Source: the human T2T-CHM13v2.0 reference genome, Homo sapiens
Direction: 5' to 3' (one strand)
DNA: 64,000 bases
NCBI RefSeq assembly: GCF_009914755.1
Contig: NC_060947.1
Part shown: positions 33,923-46,761 of the stretch, piece by piece
Layout of the letters: each line of letters begins with the position of its first letter
How positions within the stretch are numbered: position 1 is the first letter of the stretch
Program-made: the position numbers and the translations under genes
The notes under the pieces: generated by a model
Database searches by the model: none
The model's input: the letters and a program-made list of their open reading frames with translations, nothing else
What the model was told of the DNA's origin: nothing

Positions 33923-34329
33923 GAAATCTGATTTGATATAACAGGAATTTTAGGAAAATTAAAGCATTACTAGGAGATTCAAAAACGGCTTCATATAGAG
34001 TTGATACCATATAAATTGGGTCTATAGAAGCAAAAGCCTATAGACATACAGGAAGCTGTAATTAAGGTAATGAGACTAGAGCTCAAGTGAAATATGGGCA
34101 AAACTGATGAATAAACCTGATTAAGCCAAAATCACAGAGGGTTACCAGTGACTTGGTTAGAAGTTTGAACATTTTCTAGGCATCCAATAATGTGGTTGCG
34201 TAGGCACAGGAATAAAACTGAGTTTGGTTTTGGATGATGGACTTTACCTAAGGTGGGTCTTGTTGCTTTTAAAATCATCACTCCCTTATAAAGAAAAAAA
34301 AATCTATGCAGACATCCCAAAATAACATT

Positions 34330-34560
34330 AAGACACTGGGCTTCGACATCAGTCCTGGATTCATTCAAATCCAATCTCTACTTCCTATTAGTTATCTGTA
34401 TAATATGGGTAAATTCCTTTCTCTCCTCAACAGTTTGCTTCTACATTTTAATGTACATGTGAAGTTCCTAGCCCTTAATAAAGCAATTGTAAGGCTTAAA
34501 TAAGAAACTCCAGGTAAAGTAGCTGGCACATAATAAGCTCATATTAAATATTAGCTATTT
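34330..34560 (+). mobile_element. MIR SINE
   Basis: attcaaatccaatctctacttcctattag...ctggcacataataagctc. Confidence 0.7.
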
Positions 34561-35029
34561 TCACAAACTGATCAGGTTTCTTTTCTTGGACTGCCGGTGA
34601 CACAGCAGAACTAGTAATGTAGATTTTAAAGTTAATTGAATGGAGGTAAAACTAGGAGACTGAAAACTTCTTCTACATGTTCACTTGTCACCCGTCTGCA
34701 GAACAGAATTGGAGAACATCCATAATAACACAAGGAAAGAGTTAGCAGAGCAGATAAGGTATACGATATAGATGATATGGATATACTTATAGATGGAATA
34801 TCATACTAGGAAGCTGTCCCAAATTCATAGAAATGAATCTTTCAAAAGGAGAGGTGTGAAATTCACTCTGAAATTCAATTAGAATATAATTAGTGACTGT
34901 TGAGAATACAGTTTTGATAGAATAAATGAGGCAGAAGACAGCTTTTAAGGGATTAAGGAGAAAATGGATATTAAGAAAATGTAACTTCAGGCATAGAGAA
35001 TAACTTCAGGATGTTTTGCAATTATAATG

Positions 35030-35265
35030 GTTATAATGGCTCAAAACTTGCCAAGTCCTGCACTAAATGTTTCAAATCAACTAATTCATTTAATTCTTGT
35101 AACAGTCCTATGGTATGAATACAATTCTCACTTTCATTTTCTAGATGAGGAAAAGGCTCAGGGATCTTAAGAAATTTGCACAAGTTTACACAGCTAAAAA
35201 GTGGCAAGGTTAGTTTTGACCCAGGCAGTCCAGCTCCAGAACCTATGCTGTCCTCCCTACTGTTC
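35030..35265 (-). mobile_element. MIR SINE
   Basis: cattttctagatgaggaaaaggctcag...cacagcta...gacccaggcagtcc. Confidence 0.8.
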
Positions 35266-35752
35266 ACATGGCTTCTGAGACAAGAGTAGTGATTTAAATT
35301 TAGAACATGTGGCCAAGTCTTTTACCCTAATGTGGCAAAATCAGGAATAAAAAATTAAGTGTTTTAGTATTCATTTTGGGTAAATTTCTATGAGTGCGCT
35401 TGAAAACAGTTCATGAAACTGAGAAAAACACAAGTGTAAGATTACCATAATACAAAGCATGTGATCACTTTGGAAAGGTGTATACTACTATGGAAAAGGT
35501 ATAGGCAATACTTCTAGTTAGAATGATTTGGAAAAGGTTTGTAGGAAAGATATTTTAATTAAATTCCACCAGAGGAAAAGAAATAATACAGCAATTTTGG
35601 GAAATTATTAACAGACCAGTGGTTGGAGATTGAGATAAATTTGGAAACTTGAGAAGTATGTGGTTGAAATGTGACCATGGACAGTCGAAAGTACCACTGT
35701 TGAAGTGTTTTCCATTGTGGAATCTTAAGAGAAGAGCTTTTATACTTTAGGG

Positions 35753-35939
35753 CAGCAGTTCTCATAGTGTGGTTCTCAGACATCAGAATCAACAGCAACT
35801 GGGAATTTGTGAGAAGTGCAACCGCTCTGGCTGTACTCTAGACCTACAGGATGAGAAACTCAGGGGGTGGATCCCAACACTCCCTGTTTTAACAAACCTC
35901 TAGGTTATTCTGATGCATGTTCAAGTTTGAGAACCCTTG
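35753..35939 (+). mobile_element. MER5A (hAT-Charlie), uninterrupted
   Basis: cagcagttctcatagtgtgg...tgttttaacaa...attctgatgca...aagtttgagaaccc; 8-bp flanks ctttaggg / ttttaagg. Confidence 0.8.
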
Positions 35940-35949
35940 TTTTAAGGGA

Positions 35950-36330
35950 TGTGGTTGCCATTAAGTCTATTCACCAAAGTTCCATTCTTTTATTCCAGGC
36001 TCCTGATAGTATCTTTTACTCTGCCTACTTGTACTTTGATATGGCCATGTGACTTACTTCATCAAATTAAATGTGAACAGAAGTGATGTGCGCCATTTCC
36101 AAGCAGAAGCTTTACGGGTTATCGTGTGCTTTCACATGTTCTCTTGCGTTCTTAAAGTTTATATTGAGATGACCCTTCTCTCAGCCCAGGTCCTTCAGCT
36201 GAGTACAATGAGTTGAGACGCCTACCAATCTATAGTGACATGAAGTTTGGCGGGAAGAAAATTCTATTCTTTTGAGTCGCTGAGATATCAGAATTATTCT
36301 TATAGATGCATAATGTAGTGTATCCTGATT
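35950..36330 (+). mobile_element. MLT1-family MaLR solo LTR
   Basis: ggccatgtgacttacttc...gaagtgatgtg...ttttgagtcgctgagat...tcctgatt. Confidence 0.6.
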
Positions 36331-36719
36331 TATAGGGGCCATGGTACAGAGAAGGGATCTATTTCATGGTAAAGAGAACATGTGTATCAACAGATTTATG
36401 GTATCTATGGAAGAGGAAAACATGGGAATCACTATTAAACCTCAGAAAAAAGGATCATATATTGTCACATAAATAAGAGAGGAGAAAGAACAGAGAGAAG
36501 GAGAAGTTAATGACCACCAACATATTAACAATATTTATCTTTCGGTGTAAGAATTTTACATGAATATTTACTATATTATTATTTAAGCATTATATAATCA
36601 TAAAATAGAAATGAATATTATAAAAGCATAAAGTTTATGACACAAAATTGGCCTCGAATCTCATCTTTTGGAGGGCATAAACTCATGGAAGACTTTCTTA
36701 ATTAGACCATTTTGTGAGT

Positions 36720-36960
36720 GTATTTACTACCTCTTGATCTGTATCCATGTGTAGGACACTGTTTTAAGTACTTCCCATGCGTTATTTCTATGATCTTTCT
36801 CATAGACTTGCTGGGTAAAATTTGTTATCCCAAGGTTGGCATTGAATTCTCAAGTGTTTACATAACATGCCCTAGATTATACAGTAAGTAAATATATACT
36901 CATGGATTCAAATCAAGTTATTTATGACTCTAAAACTTAAGTTCTTTTCATTATAGCATG
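36720..36960 (-). mobile_element. MIR SINE
   Basis: ggacactgttttaagtacttc...taacatgccctagattatacag...ggattcaaatcaag. Confidence 0.6.
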
Positions 36961-37744
36961 CTGTTGTATGAAGATTTATCTGAGTCTGTACCTACCCAGA
37001 TATAGGAAGGTGTGTGTGTACGTTTGTTTAAACAAGTTAGTATATTTGGTAACCTTTAGAAAATAAGTGACTCTTGTATGTGCCGAGAAGGAGGCTGGTG
37101 ATTTATGCTCAATGTCATAGTGTAATAGAATCTGTAATAATCATAATAACGCAAGAAAAATCTGATGACTGGACATAGCTAATCACACGGATATTGCCAC
37201 TAAATGTACTTCCATTTTACAATAAAGCGATGTGATAAAGAATCATGACTCTTTGAGAGGGCAACAGCGCTGACATTTCTAGGTCAAAAGTTTTCATGAG
37301 ATTATGGAGTACCTAAACATGTACAATTAGCCTCCAGATGTTCACACATCTGCAATATATTTTTTCAAACCTTTGTCACTCACTGTCAGTTAGGATTCGA
37401 AACATACTAAAGCTTTTCTCCCCCTTTTTAAACACAAAATCCTAAAACTTTAGGAGCCAGACTTGGCACATATATTGTTGTCGTTAAGGTGATATCCATG
37501 AGTCCATAAGACGATCAACAACCTTATCTGTCTGCTGGATTGTACAAACAGAATTAATAGCTGCCTTAAGATAGAGTTTGGCTGAACGAGTAGTACTTCT
37601 GGGCATATAAATGGACTTCAGAGAAGTCCATGAATTTTCTGGTATCATATGCAAATTCTTTTGTGTTTGTACAAATGTGCATGAGAGGGTCCAAAGCTTT
37701 TGTCATATCTCTAATTGGTATAATACCAACACAATATTTGGTTG

Positions 37745-37840
37745 CATAGTCCTGTGAATATACTAAAAACATTGAGTTGTATACTTTAAACAGATGATTG
37801 TATGGCATATAAATTATATCTCAATAAAGCTGTTCCATTT
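37745..37840 (+). mobile_element. L1ME/MB 3'-terminal fragment
   Basis: gtgaatatactaaaaac...aattatatctcaataaagctgtt. Confidence 0.75.
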
Positions 37841-37916
37841 TAAACATGACTAGCCTAGAACCTTTTAAATAAACTTGTTAGGCAAAAGTTGAAGCCGCTT
37901 GATGTTTATGTTACTA

Positions 37917-37997
37917 TTAGATTGGTGCAACAGTAATTGCATTTTCTTGCCATTGAAAGTAATGGCAAAAACCGTGATTACTTTTGCACCAACTTAA
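37917..37997. mobile_element. MADE1 (Hsmar1-derived MITE), palindromic
   Basis: ttagattggtgcaacagtaattgc...gtgattacttttgcaccaacttaa with TA on both sides; ~80 bp. Confidence 0.92.
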
Positions 37998-38699
37998 TAT
38001 ATTTTTAGAATGTGTGTTCCATGTCAAATGGTCCAACTCTTGACTCAATCCCAACTAATGACCTGTTCAGTGCCCTTGACTATGGTGCCGTACACTTGGC
38101 TATGGTCATGCCACTATGATGACCTGGTTACACAGCTACCACCCATTCCCTTTGGTAACAGATAACACACCATTCTGATATTGTCACTGCATCTTCTGGC
38201 TTGTATCACTCTACAGTAATGACACAATCCAACTAATATGTCTTTTATTTTTAGGAGGAAAGAATGATGTGTTTATTCCGTTCTAAAATAAAGCCAATGT
38301 TTTTATTAAATATTCTTCGTGCCCACTGGGATGTGAATGCCAATAGGATAAAATACATCAGAGAAGCCTAAGGATTCCATGAGAACAAGGAATCAGACAA
38401 GTAATCATGTGCCACAGATAGACTCAGCTGGTGGAAGTGAAAATATTATAGGTCAAGATGCCTCATAGGTAAGAGGAAAAATGCGAGGTAGAGAAGACCG
38501 GGAGTTAATAGTGTAAGTTTAAGCTGCTGGGCAAGGCCGAAGCATGAAATATTCAGAAGGGATACACAGACACCCAAGCTAAAGCTCATCTGGACAATCA
38601 CAAGGGTTTAGAGGAGAGTAAATGGGACAAAAGAATCAGGAATGAGACCTAAGCAATGAGAAAATGGGAAGTAAATTATGAAGATACAAGGCAACACAG

Positions 38700-38985
38700 A
38701 CATTGGGCAGTAGGTATAAGGAAAAAGGCTGGGGCCAAGAATCAAGGCTTTGGCCTGCTTCCCATATGTGTGATATTTGACAAGTAAGTAATCTTTTCGA
38801 AATTTTCATGTTCTCTTCTGTAAAATTGTTACATGAATAATTTATTTAATCCTCACTGCAATCCTACGATGTAGATACTATTATGATCCCCATTTTACAG
38901 ATGAAGAAACGAAGGCCAAGAGAGGATAAGTAAGTTGCCAGAGATCACACTGCTAGTAAATGGCAAAATGGAGATTCAAACCCCA
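38700..38985. mobile_element. Two adjacent MIR fragments (+ then -)
   Basis: ttctgtaaaatt core, then cccattttacagatgaagaaacgaaggcc...ggagattcaaaccc. Confidence 0.75.
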
Positions 38986-38989
38986 TTAG

Positions 38990-39405
38990 GCTGGTGCTGA
39001 TGATACCCTGTCTCTTCCTCTGAGTCCTTCGCATTTCAGTGGACATTGTTCCAACTTCCACCTGCCAGCTCCTGCATCTCTTTGCCTACTGGAGTCTGTT
39101 CTTCCGGAGTGCATGCAATAGATCAAAAATGCTAGGGAGTGAATGCACAGCCCCTCCCGGGATCTGCCAACAGATGACCAGCAGGAGTTGGTGTATAAAT
39201 ACCTTAGCATTCTCATCTCTTCAAAGGATAAGTCTGAGGTGTGTGTTCCACATAATTTTCTTCAAGTCCCCAGTCAAATTGAGCGCCAGTTGTCCACCAC
39301 AGTTTAAACTCTTGAAATGTAGTCTTCATTGACTTTCCTTCCTTCTTTGTCTCACTTTATCATTTTCCTACTCATATTCCCTAGCATCTCATCCCAAATA
39401 AACTA
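38990..39405 (+). mobile_element. LTR16-family (ERVL) solo LTR
   Basis: ggagttggtgtataaatacc...ggataagtctgaggtgtgtgttcc...ccagttgtccac...cccaaataaacta. Confidence 0.65.
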
Positions 39406-40049
39406 GAAGGGGGAAGTATTCTGAAAATCATAAAGACAGGGTAAATTTAAACTATTATTTTATTATCATTATTAGTAACATCGATATCTGAGCCAAAATC
39501 AAAAAAGAAAGGACCCTTATTTGTACTCTTTCTGGTTAGGATTCTAACCATGAGTGTTAGAATGTTGTTGGCACTGAACCCATAGTTACAGTTTCCAATA
39601 ATTTCTGAATGCCAAGAAAAGTGACCGTGGAAGGAAAGCAGAGTTTTTAACTCTGTGGAATGTGTTCAGTGGGTGAGGAATGGGAGGAAGTTCTATTTTG
39701 CTCTCAGTAGAACATTAAAAATGGCTTCCTCTGTAAAGCATTCTGTGGTTCCCCCAAGATAAGGGCAGGTCTGTCTGTCATAAACTGCCATAGCACCCAT
39801 TACTTATACAACTAAATAAAATAGTATTGAGTGATGGGTGGTTAGTCTCTCCAATGTAGCTCTTTTTCAATGAAAATAGACATTGTGTTTCTTCCAGGGC
39901 CTCACACAGTTCCCTATATATTTTACATAAAAAAATATATACCTAAAATATTTGGTGCCTAATAAATATATAGAAACTATGCTAGGCACAGGGCAGGGTG
40001 TGGTGATTTAGCTAGACTATTTACCCTGTCCTCATAAACACACAAAATG

Positions 40050-40810
40050 GATTTAAGGAACACATATTCATCTTTAAACCCTCTCTCACCAGCTAGTAAG
40101 CACACTCAGGGCTTTTCAGTTACCCTCTACTTACAAGCTATTTCTGAATCATTTCTGCAACCATCTTCTAGGAAGGATAACCATTCTTACAATTTTTTTT
40201 TTTTTTGCCATTCCTCCAAAGTTGCTCTTTTGAATATTATCAAAACTTCCAATTTGCCAAATCTAATAAACTATTTTAACCCACATCTTACTTAATGTTT
40301 TCAGTGGAATTTAGTACTTAATTATTCCTCTCATGATCAACCCTCCCACCTCTCTGCCACAACCTTTTTGGTCTTCCTAGCATTGTGTGATCTTGGTGTC
40401 TTCTTCTCATAAGGCATATTCTCTCATGGTTTCAACTGTTAAATATGCTAATGATTAAAAACTGTGCACCTATCTGCTCAAACCTCCTTTTTAAGGTTCA
40501 GATTCATATACATGGTGGCCTAGTAGACATTTTACCAAAAGCACATTAAATTAGACCTAAGAAAAATGAAATCCATCTTCTTTACTCCCTCCCTCCAAAC
40601 CTCGTTATTTAAACTGGACTTCTGTTCACTTGTGTAAGACATTATCATACAGATCATCCTAGCATACTTCACCTCCCTATCCTGTCATATCTAGTCATTC
40701 CTTAAGTCCCATCAATGAATCTTCTCCATCCCAATCAATCCTCTTCATCTGCTTTGTCAATACTCTAGGTTCAGGATATAAACACTTTTCATCTGGACTA
40801 TTACCAGTCT
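40050..40810 (+). mobile_element. L2 fragments
   Basis: catggtttcaactgttaaatatgctaatgat...tctggactattacc. Confidence 0.6.
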
Positions 40811-41125
40811 CCGAAAAGATACAATTTTTCTCAAATACGTATGATTTTAGAAGAGATTACCATCAGGATCATTGGCTCATTATCTTCAGGGCAGTGATGC
40901 GGGGTGGGAGAGTTCTTAAAGGACTGTATTCTACATGTGATTATGAGTCAAATTTTCCAGACCACTGTAGACACAATCTTACACTTCACTGTTTCACGCA
41001 GCTATGATACCTACACAACAACTGTAAGGATGTGAGTTTGAGATGTAGATTGTTATTGCAGACTAACAACCACTCCTTGCTAAGTTTGTTTCAAAATGGA
41101 CTTAAGGGGGTGATCTCAGTTGTTT

Positions 41126-41172
41126 TTGGCAAGAAAAAAGTAATTGGCAAGAAAAAAGTAATTGGCAAGAAA
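41126..41172. repeat. Perfect 18-bp tandem repeat (ttggcaagaaaaaagtaa) x2.6
   Basis: Read directly from the sequence. Confidence 0.9.
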
Positions 41173-42425
41173 GCCAGAGAAAGAGAAAGAGGAAATGTTT
41201 GTTCAGCCCATGAATGAGTAACATTACAATGCTTTTTATAACTTCAAACATTCACCCCCATACAAATGCTCTATAAAACTATTGTCATGATGATCAATCA
41301 GCATTTTAAGTTGAAACATATATATCCAAGTTTCTGATCTTGTTCTGTATCAACACAGCACTCACAGAACTCAGGAAATCCCTATAGCCTCCTTAGCTTC
41401 CATCTTTCTCTTGTCTTTTGAAATACCTTAAAGCACAAAAGCATATTTTCAGGCAAAGGTAAAAATAATTGTAGGAATGATGGTTTCACAGACAGGGTGT
41501 CTTCAGTGACAGTTAAGTTCCTATGGTGAGACACTGTAATGAGTTCAAAGTGTTTACAGCTTCAATACTGCTTGTCAAACACTCCTTCAATGCAATGAAT
41601 TCTTGGCTACAAGCCACAAATGTGCTTTGAGAAATAAAAAGCGAGTGAATATACTGGTGTTTCTATTATTGGTCCAGCTGAGATAGTTGCTTTTTTATTC
41701 TTAATAAAAGTTTTCTCGAGGTAGTCATAATTTCAAAACCCTGCTTATAGTAATGAATCATGGTTATTTACAAAGTAATTCAGTTTCACTATGATCACGA
41801 TTTGTATAAGTAATGTAGTCATATAGTCGAAGACTTTTCAGGGATGTTTTCTGTTTAAACTGATAAGCTGCAAAATTCTGTATTTTCCTTAATAAAAATG
41901 TTTCAGGAAAAAGACAGCGAACAGCTAGATTTGAAGAGTAAAAATAAAGAATAAAGCCAGTAGGAAACACAAACTTCTAGAACTTTTAAATTGTTAAACA
42001 TCTTTGTGGAATTAACTACCATTTTCACCAAATCTGCAAATCATATTCCAACAAGTTGTAAAAATAAGCCATAATTCTTAGAATTGAAAGTCTCTTATCA
42101 TTCTACAGGTAATAACATGACTTGGTCCTGTTCTCTGGGTAATGGAGTAAAATGTTACTGGCATATTCCCATGTTTAGACAGATTTGCAAATAGCCCCAG
42201 AGAATTCCATTCCTAACCTGGGATATGTTACTCAAAGACGTTCTATCTGGAGTCAAGCTTTCATACAAGAATCATAGACATACTTCAAGGGATCCATGAA
42301 CACTGGAAAGTATATGGAAACTATGTTCACGTTTTTTATTTTTCAAGAAAATCTACACCATCCAGCAGAATCTCACACAGATCCTTAATTTTAAAATGAG
42401 TTAAGAAGCAGTGGTCTAGGGCAGG

Positions 42426-43192
42426 CTATGGTTCTCAAAGTGTGGATCCAGACCAGCATCAGCGTCACCTGGGACCTTTTTAGAAATACCGAATTTCAGG
42501 ACTCTCCCAGACTTACTTGGTTAGTATCTCAGGGAGTGAGACCCAGAAATCTGTGTTTTCTTTTTAATGTTTAATCGACACATAATTATGCATATTTAGG
42601 AGGTACAGAGTGATATTTTCCTATATGAATATAACATGTAATAATCAAATCAGGCTAATTATCATATCCATTACCTCAAATATTTGTCATTTCTTTGTGT
42701 TGGGAAGTTTCAAAATCCTCTCTTCTAGCTATTTAAACATGCACAATAAATTACTGTTAACTGAAGTTACCTTACAGTGCTTTAGAACACTAGTACATAT
42801 CCGTCCTATTTAGCTTATCATTTTGTATCTGTTAACTAGCTTGTCCCTTTCCTCCCTCTCCTCCCTCTTACCCTCCCCGGCTTCTGCTAACCACTATTCT
42901 ACTGCCTGCTTCTATGAAATCAAACTTTTTAGCTCTAACATATGAAAACTTGTGATATTTATCTCTTCGTGCCCGACTTATTTCACTTAACAGTATCCAG
43001 GCTCATCCATGTTACCACCAATTACAGGATTTCATTCTTTTTATGGCTGAATAATATTCCATTGTGTTTATATGCCATATTTTTAAATTCATTTATCTGT
43101 TAATGGACACTTAGGTTGATTCCGTATCTCAACAATCTGTTTTAACAAGGCCTCCAGAAAATTCTGATGTGCACTCAAGTTTGAGAACCTCT
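42426..43192 (+). mobile_element. MER5A split by an L1MA insertion (42426-42559 and 43133-43192)
   Basis: ggttctcaaagtgtgg...aatctgtgtttt | aatctgttttaacaaggcctcc...aagtttgagaacc. Confidence 0.85.
42560..43130 (-). mobile_element. 5'-truncated L1MA 3' end
   Basis: Antisense 3'UTR (acagagtgatattt...catatccattacctcaaa...ttatggctgaataatattcc). Confidence 0.85.
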
Positions 43193-43327
43193 AATTTGCG
43201 CAACAATTTTCAAATGGATTTTTTACAATGTCTCCTCAAATTTTGATTCAGTTATGTTTGGGAAATATATTTTAAATCTTCCCAGGCAATTCTGAGGATT
43301 AACCTGTTTGGGACAGCTACTCCAGGG

Positions 43328-43840
43328 CAAAGCTACTCAAACTTCAGTTGGAGAACGAGTACCATCAGCCTCACCTGGGAGACAGTTGTGGCTGCAGAAT
43401 CTTGCCCACATCCTTAGACATACTCAATCAAGCGTGAGAGTGAGACCTAGGGATCTGTGTTTTGCTGGGTTTATTTATTTACTTACTTACTGTATTTGAA
43501 ACAAGATCTCACTCTGTTGTCCAGGCTGGAGTGCAGTGGCATGATCATGCACTCACTGTAGCATCAAACTCCTGTGTTTAAGCAATCCTGATCCTCCCGC
43601 CTCAGCGTCCCGAATAGTTAGGACTACAGGTTTGCACTACCACACCTCGCTAATTTTTTTTTTAAGTATTTTTTGCTGTGTTTCTCAGTCTTGTCTGGAA
43701 CTCCTGGGCTGAAGGGATCTGCCTGCCTTGGCCTCCCAAAGTGCTGGGACTACAGGTGTGAGCCAACATGCCGGGGAGGAATCCGTTTTAACCACCACCT
43801 TCCCTGATGACTCTGATGCAGGCCACACTTTGAGAGCAAA
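43328..43840 (+). mobile_element. MER5A-like element split by an AluJ (43328-43463 and 43777-43840)
   Basis: catcagcctcacctggga...ggatctgtgtttt | ggaatccgttttaac...ctgatgcagg...tttgaga. Confidence 0.7.
43470..43773 (-). mobile_element. AluJ SINE
   Basis: Antisense Alu with J-type features; ends cctcccaaagtgctggg...gtgagcca. Confidence 0.9.
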
Positions 43841-44059
43841 GCACAGCCACAGAAAAAATTAGAAAAGTTGACTATTCATGTGACACAAAGGCATATAGCT
43901 ATGCCTTCTATATGTAGGCTTTGAATAACTTTTAATAATAGTAAAAAAGCCAGGATAGCTTTTAATAATGGTAGAAGCTACTCTTTATTTGGTACTTACT
44001 ATATGACAAGCACAATGGTAATACACGTATTTCCCTTTTATCCTTAAAGAAAAAGTGTA

Positions 44060-44344
44060 GGCCAGGTGTGGTGGCTTACACCTGTAATCCCAGCACTTTG
44101 GGAGGCTGAGGCAGGCAGATCACCTGAGGACAGAAGTACGAGACCAGCCTGGCCAACATGGCAAAACCCCGTTTCTACTAAAAATACACGAATTAGCCAG
44201 GTGTGGTTGCGGATGCCTGTAGTCCCAGCTACTCGGGGAGGCTGAGGCAGGAGAATTGCTTGAACCCGGGAGGCAGCGGTAGCAGTGAGCCAAGATCATG
44301 CCACTGCACTCTCCAGACTGGGTGACAGAACAAGACTCCGTCTC

Positions 44345-44379
<35 letters not shown>

Positions 44380-44392
44380 GAAAAAAGGAAAA
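44060..44392 (+). mobile_element. AluS SINE with (AAAAG)n tail, inserted in an antisense MIR (~43965-44520)
   Basis: Complete Alu; MIR resumes at ttatacagataagaaaactgagg. Confidence 0.93.
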
Positions 44393-46557
44393 CTGCGAGG
44401 GTGGGGCATTTAATCCTGTTATACAGATAAGAAAACTGAGGAGCAAAAAGTTTAATTTTCATTAAGTACCATAGCCAGCTGGGGTATGAGTCCAGTTTGA
44501 AAGTTTGTGATTTTAATAATTACATCTACAGAACTTCAGAAAATATATTTTGAAATGAGTCTTAGGGCTAGGTAAACCCATGCATTACATGTATTATTAA
44601 AGGGAAATTAAGAATGATATCTCAAACCATAAATGATGGTATTAGGTAAGTCAGTAAGTATATCAACATGCAAATTAAAACAGATTATCAATACATAGGG
44701 ATTGACTAAGTATAATATGGCAACCAAATTATCCCAGAATTGCCCTCTCAAAGTAACAAGAGCTTATACATGTGAACAAATTTTACACATTCTGTGATGT
44801 AAAAAGACTGTGTCATCAGTCATTGCAGAGAACCAGGCAGCAAGTCACTTCCTTACAATTGTTCACAGCTCTCTGATTAGCTACTTTGCCTGAAGCATAA
44901 AACATAAGCACATTCTTCCTCACCTCTATGGGTACTAACTGGACTGTTTAATGTGATGGAGTAATTAACAGAACCTTTTCTCCCATTGGGGACCTACGTG
45001 GCAAGTGCCCCATTAGGTCCTAGGTACATACAGAACCCAAAAAATAGAAGCCAATGTGGGGAGGAAATGGAACTCATTATTTTATATGCTATGGCACGAT
45101 TTCCCCCCTACCAAATTTACTAGACTGATTAGTAAATGTAAGCCAAAATCTAAGGTGTGATTGAATCACTATAATATCCATCCCTTGAGAACTGTGACTC
45201 AGCAGATAGGAAAAGAGAAAACTAATGTCCAACATCTTGTCACTGACACTTGTGAAATTATCATTTGACAAACCATGAAATAATTTGGCAGGAATCCAAT
45301 ACAACAAATGAGTCATTTCATTAAATACAATTCTGTCTCCCCAGCTAAATGGTATGCAATGATAAGATCACCATTTTAATAGTTATCTAGAAATAGATGC
45401 CTAAAATTCTTTCCTTTATGACTTTTTAACAGCCAACCTGAGTACAATAATGATATTATCCAGAATTTATATGGTCAACATTCAATTGCTCACAAGGTTA
45501 TTAAACAGTTTATAAATTATCCTGTTTTCTTCCCCTGCTCTCTGCTCCTAAGAATTACATTTCTTATTAGAATTTTCCTAAGGAAATGGAAAGAATGAAT
45601 GGAAATGAAGTGGAAATGTTCAATATTTCAAGTTCTTAACACGTTTGGACATTATTTGAGGATCCTGGCTAAAGCCAAGATTTGCTGAAGGCTTTTAGGG
45701 TTCCCAGTTGCTATAATCTCTTTAAGACTCTGATAATTGAGGTAGACACCAAGGCAGAACTACGTAAAATTATCATGTCTGTAAACAACAAAAAAATGAC
45801 ACACAATTAAAAGCCAAAAAACTCATTATTGAATCAATAGTGAGAATTTATGTGGCTAACACCACACATAGCAAAAAAGATTTGATGTTAGGTATTAGGA
45901 ATTGCAGCTGTTATATGAACCAATGAATCACAATTTGTTCATATTAAGACATAGGTAGTTATATACAGTTCACTGATCTTTTTTGAAATGTGATTGTGAG
46001 CCATTTCCATTGGATGAAAAAACAGACGCCTTGCCTTATTTGTCACTTTTACCCATGAAACCTAGTACATTTCTACATATATAGAAGACACTCATAAGTG
46101 TTTATTGACTTGTGATTTACAACATTAAGAATAAACAGAGATTTTTCCCTAACGGAAAATCATGTATATTGCTACATTTATGTTAATCATAAACTCTATG
46201 AAAACTAGCATAGCATTAGAGTTAGAAAACTGAATCATGTCTATCATTTTCAAACTCTATCCATCCTTGAGAAAGCTAGTTTCTTCAGATTAAAATATAA
46301 ATACATTTAAAAATTCTGACAAAAGGGAGAAAAACTTCCCGTGTTTCATATGAAGTTAGGCGAAATTTGATTTACATTTGGAAAGAAGAGAAATCCACTT
46401 ATTTTAGAAGTAAATCAAGAAATGTGCAAAATATCTATCAGGTATGAATTTAAAATATGATATTCATTCAATAATTTATAACAGATTGCTATAAATCAGA
46501 TACCTGTATTGTATTTCTTCCCTGTGTCAGGTTTTGGAAACCACAGAGAAGTGCATA

Positions 46558-46761
46558 TGACAGTGACAGGAAGCAGAGCCAAACTCCTAGGCAGATAGGG
46601 GTGGGTACCCAGTGAAACCCCACTTCCAAGCTGAAGACAGTTAAAGGCCTGAAAGCCAAACTACAAATCAAATCCTTGCAGTGGATTGAGAACTTGTCCT
46701 CCTATTTGGTGTGCTTTCCTCTGATTGATCTCCACCCTTCACCTATTTTACTTATACCTAC
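46558..46761 (+). mobile_element. 5' part of an ERV1-class LTR (tentatively MER61-like), truncated at THE1
   Basis: TG start; ctaggcagataggggg...gtgaaacccca...ttcctctgattg...cacctatttta; family name from memory only. Confidence 0.6.
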
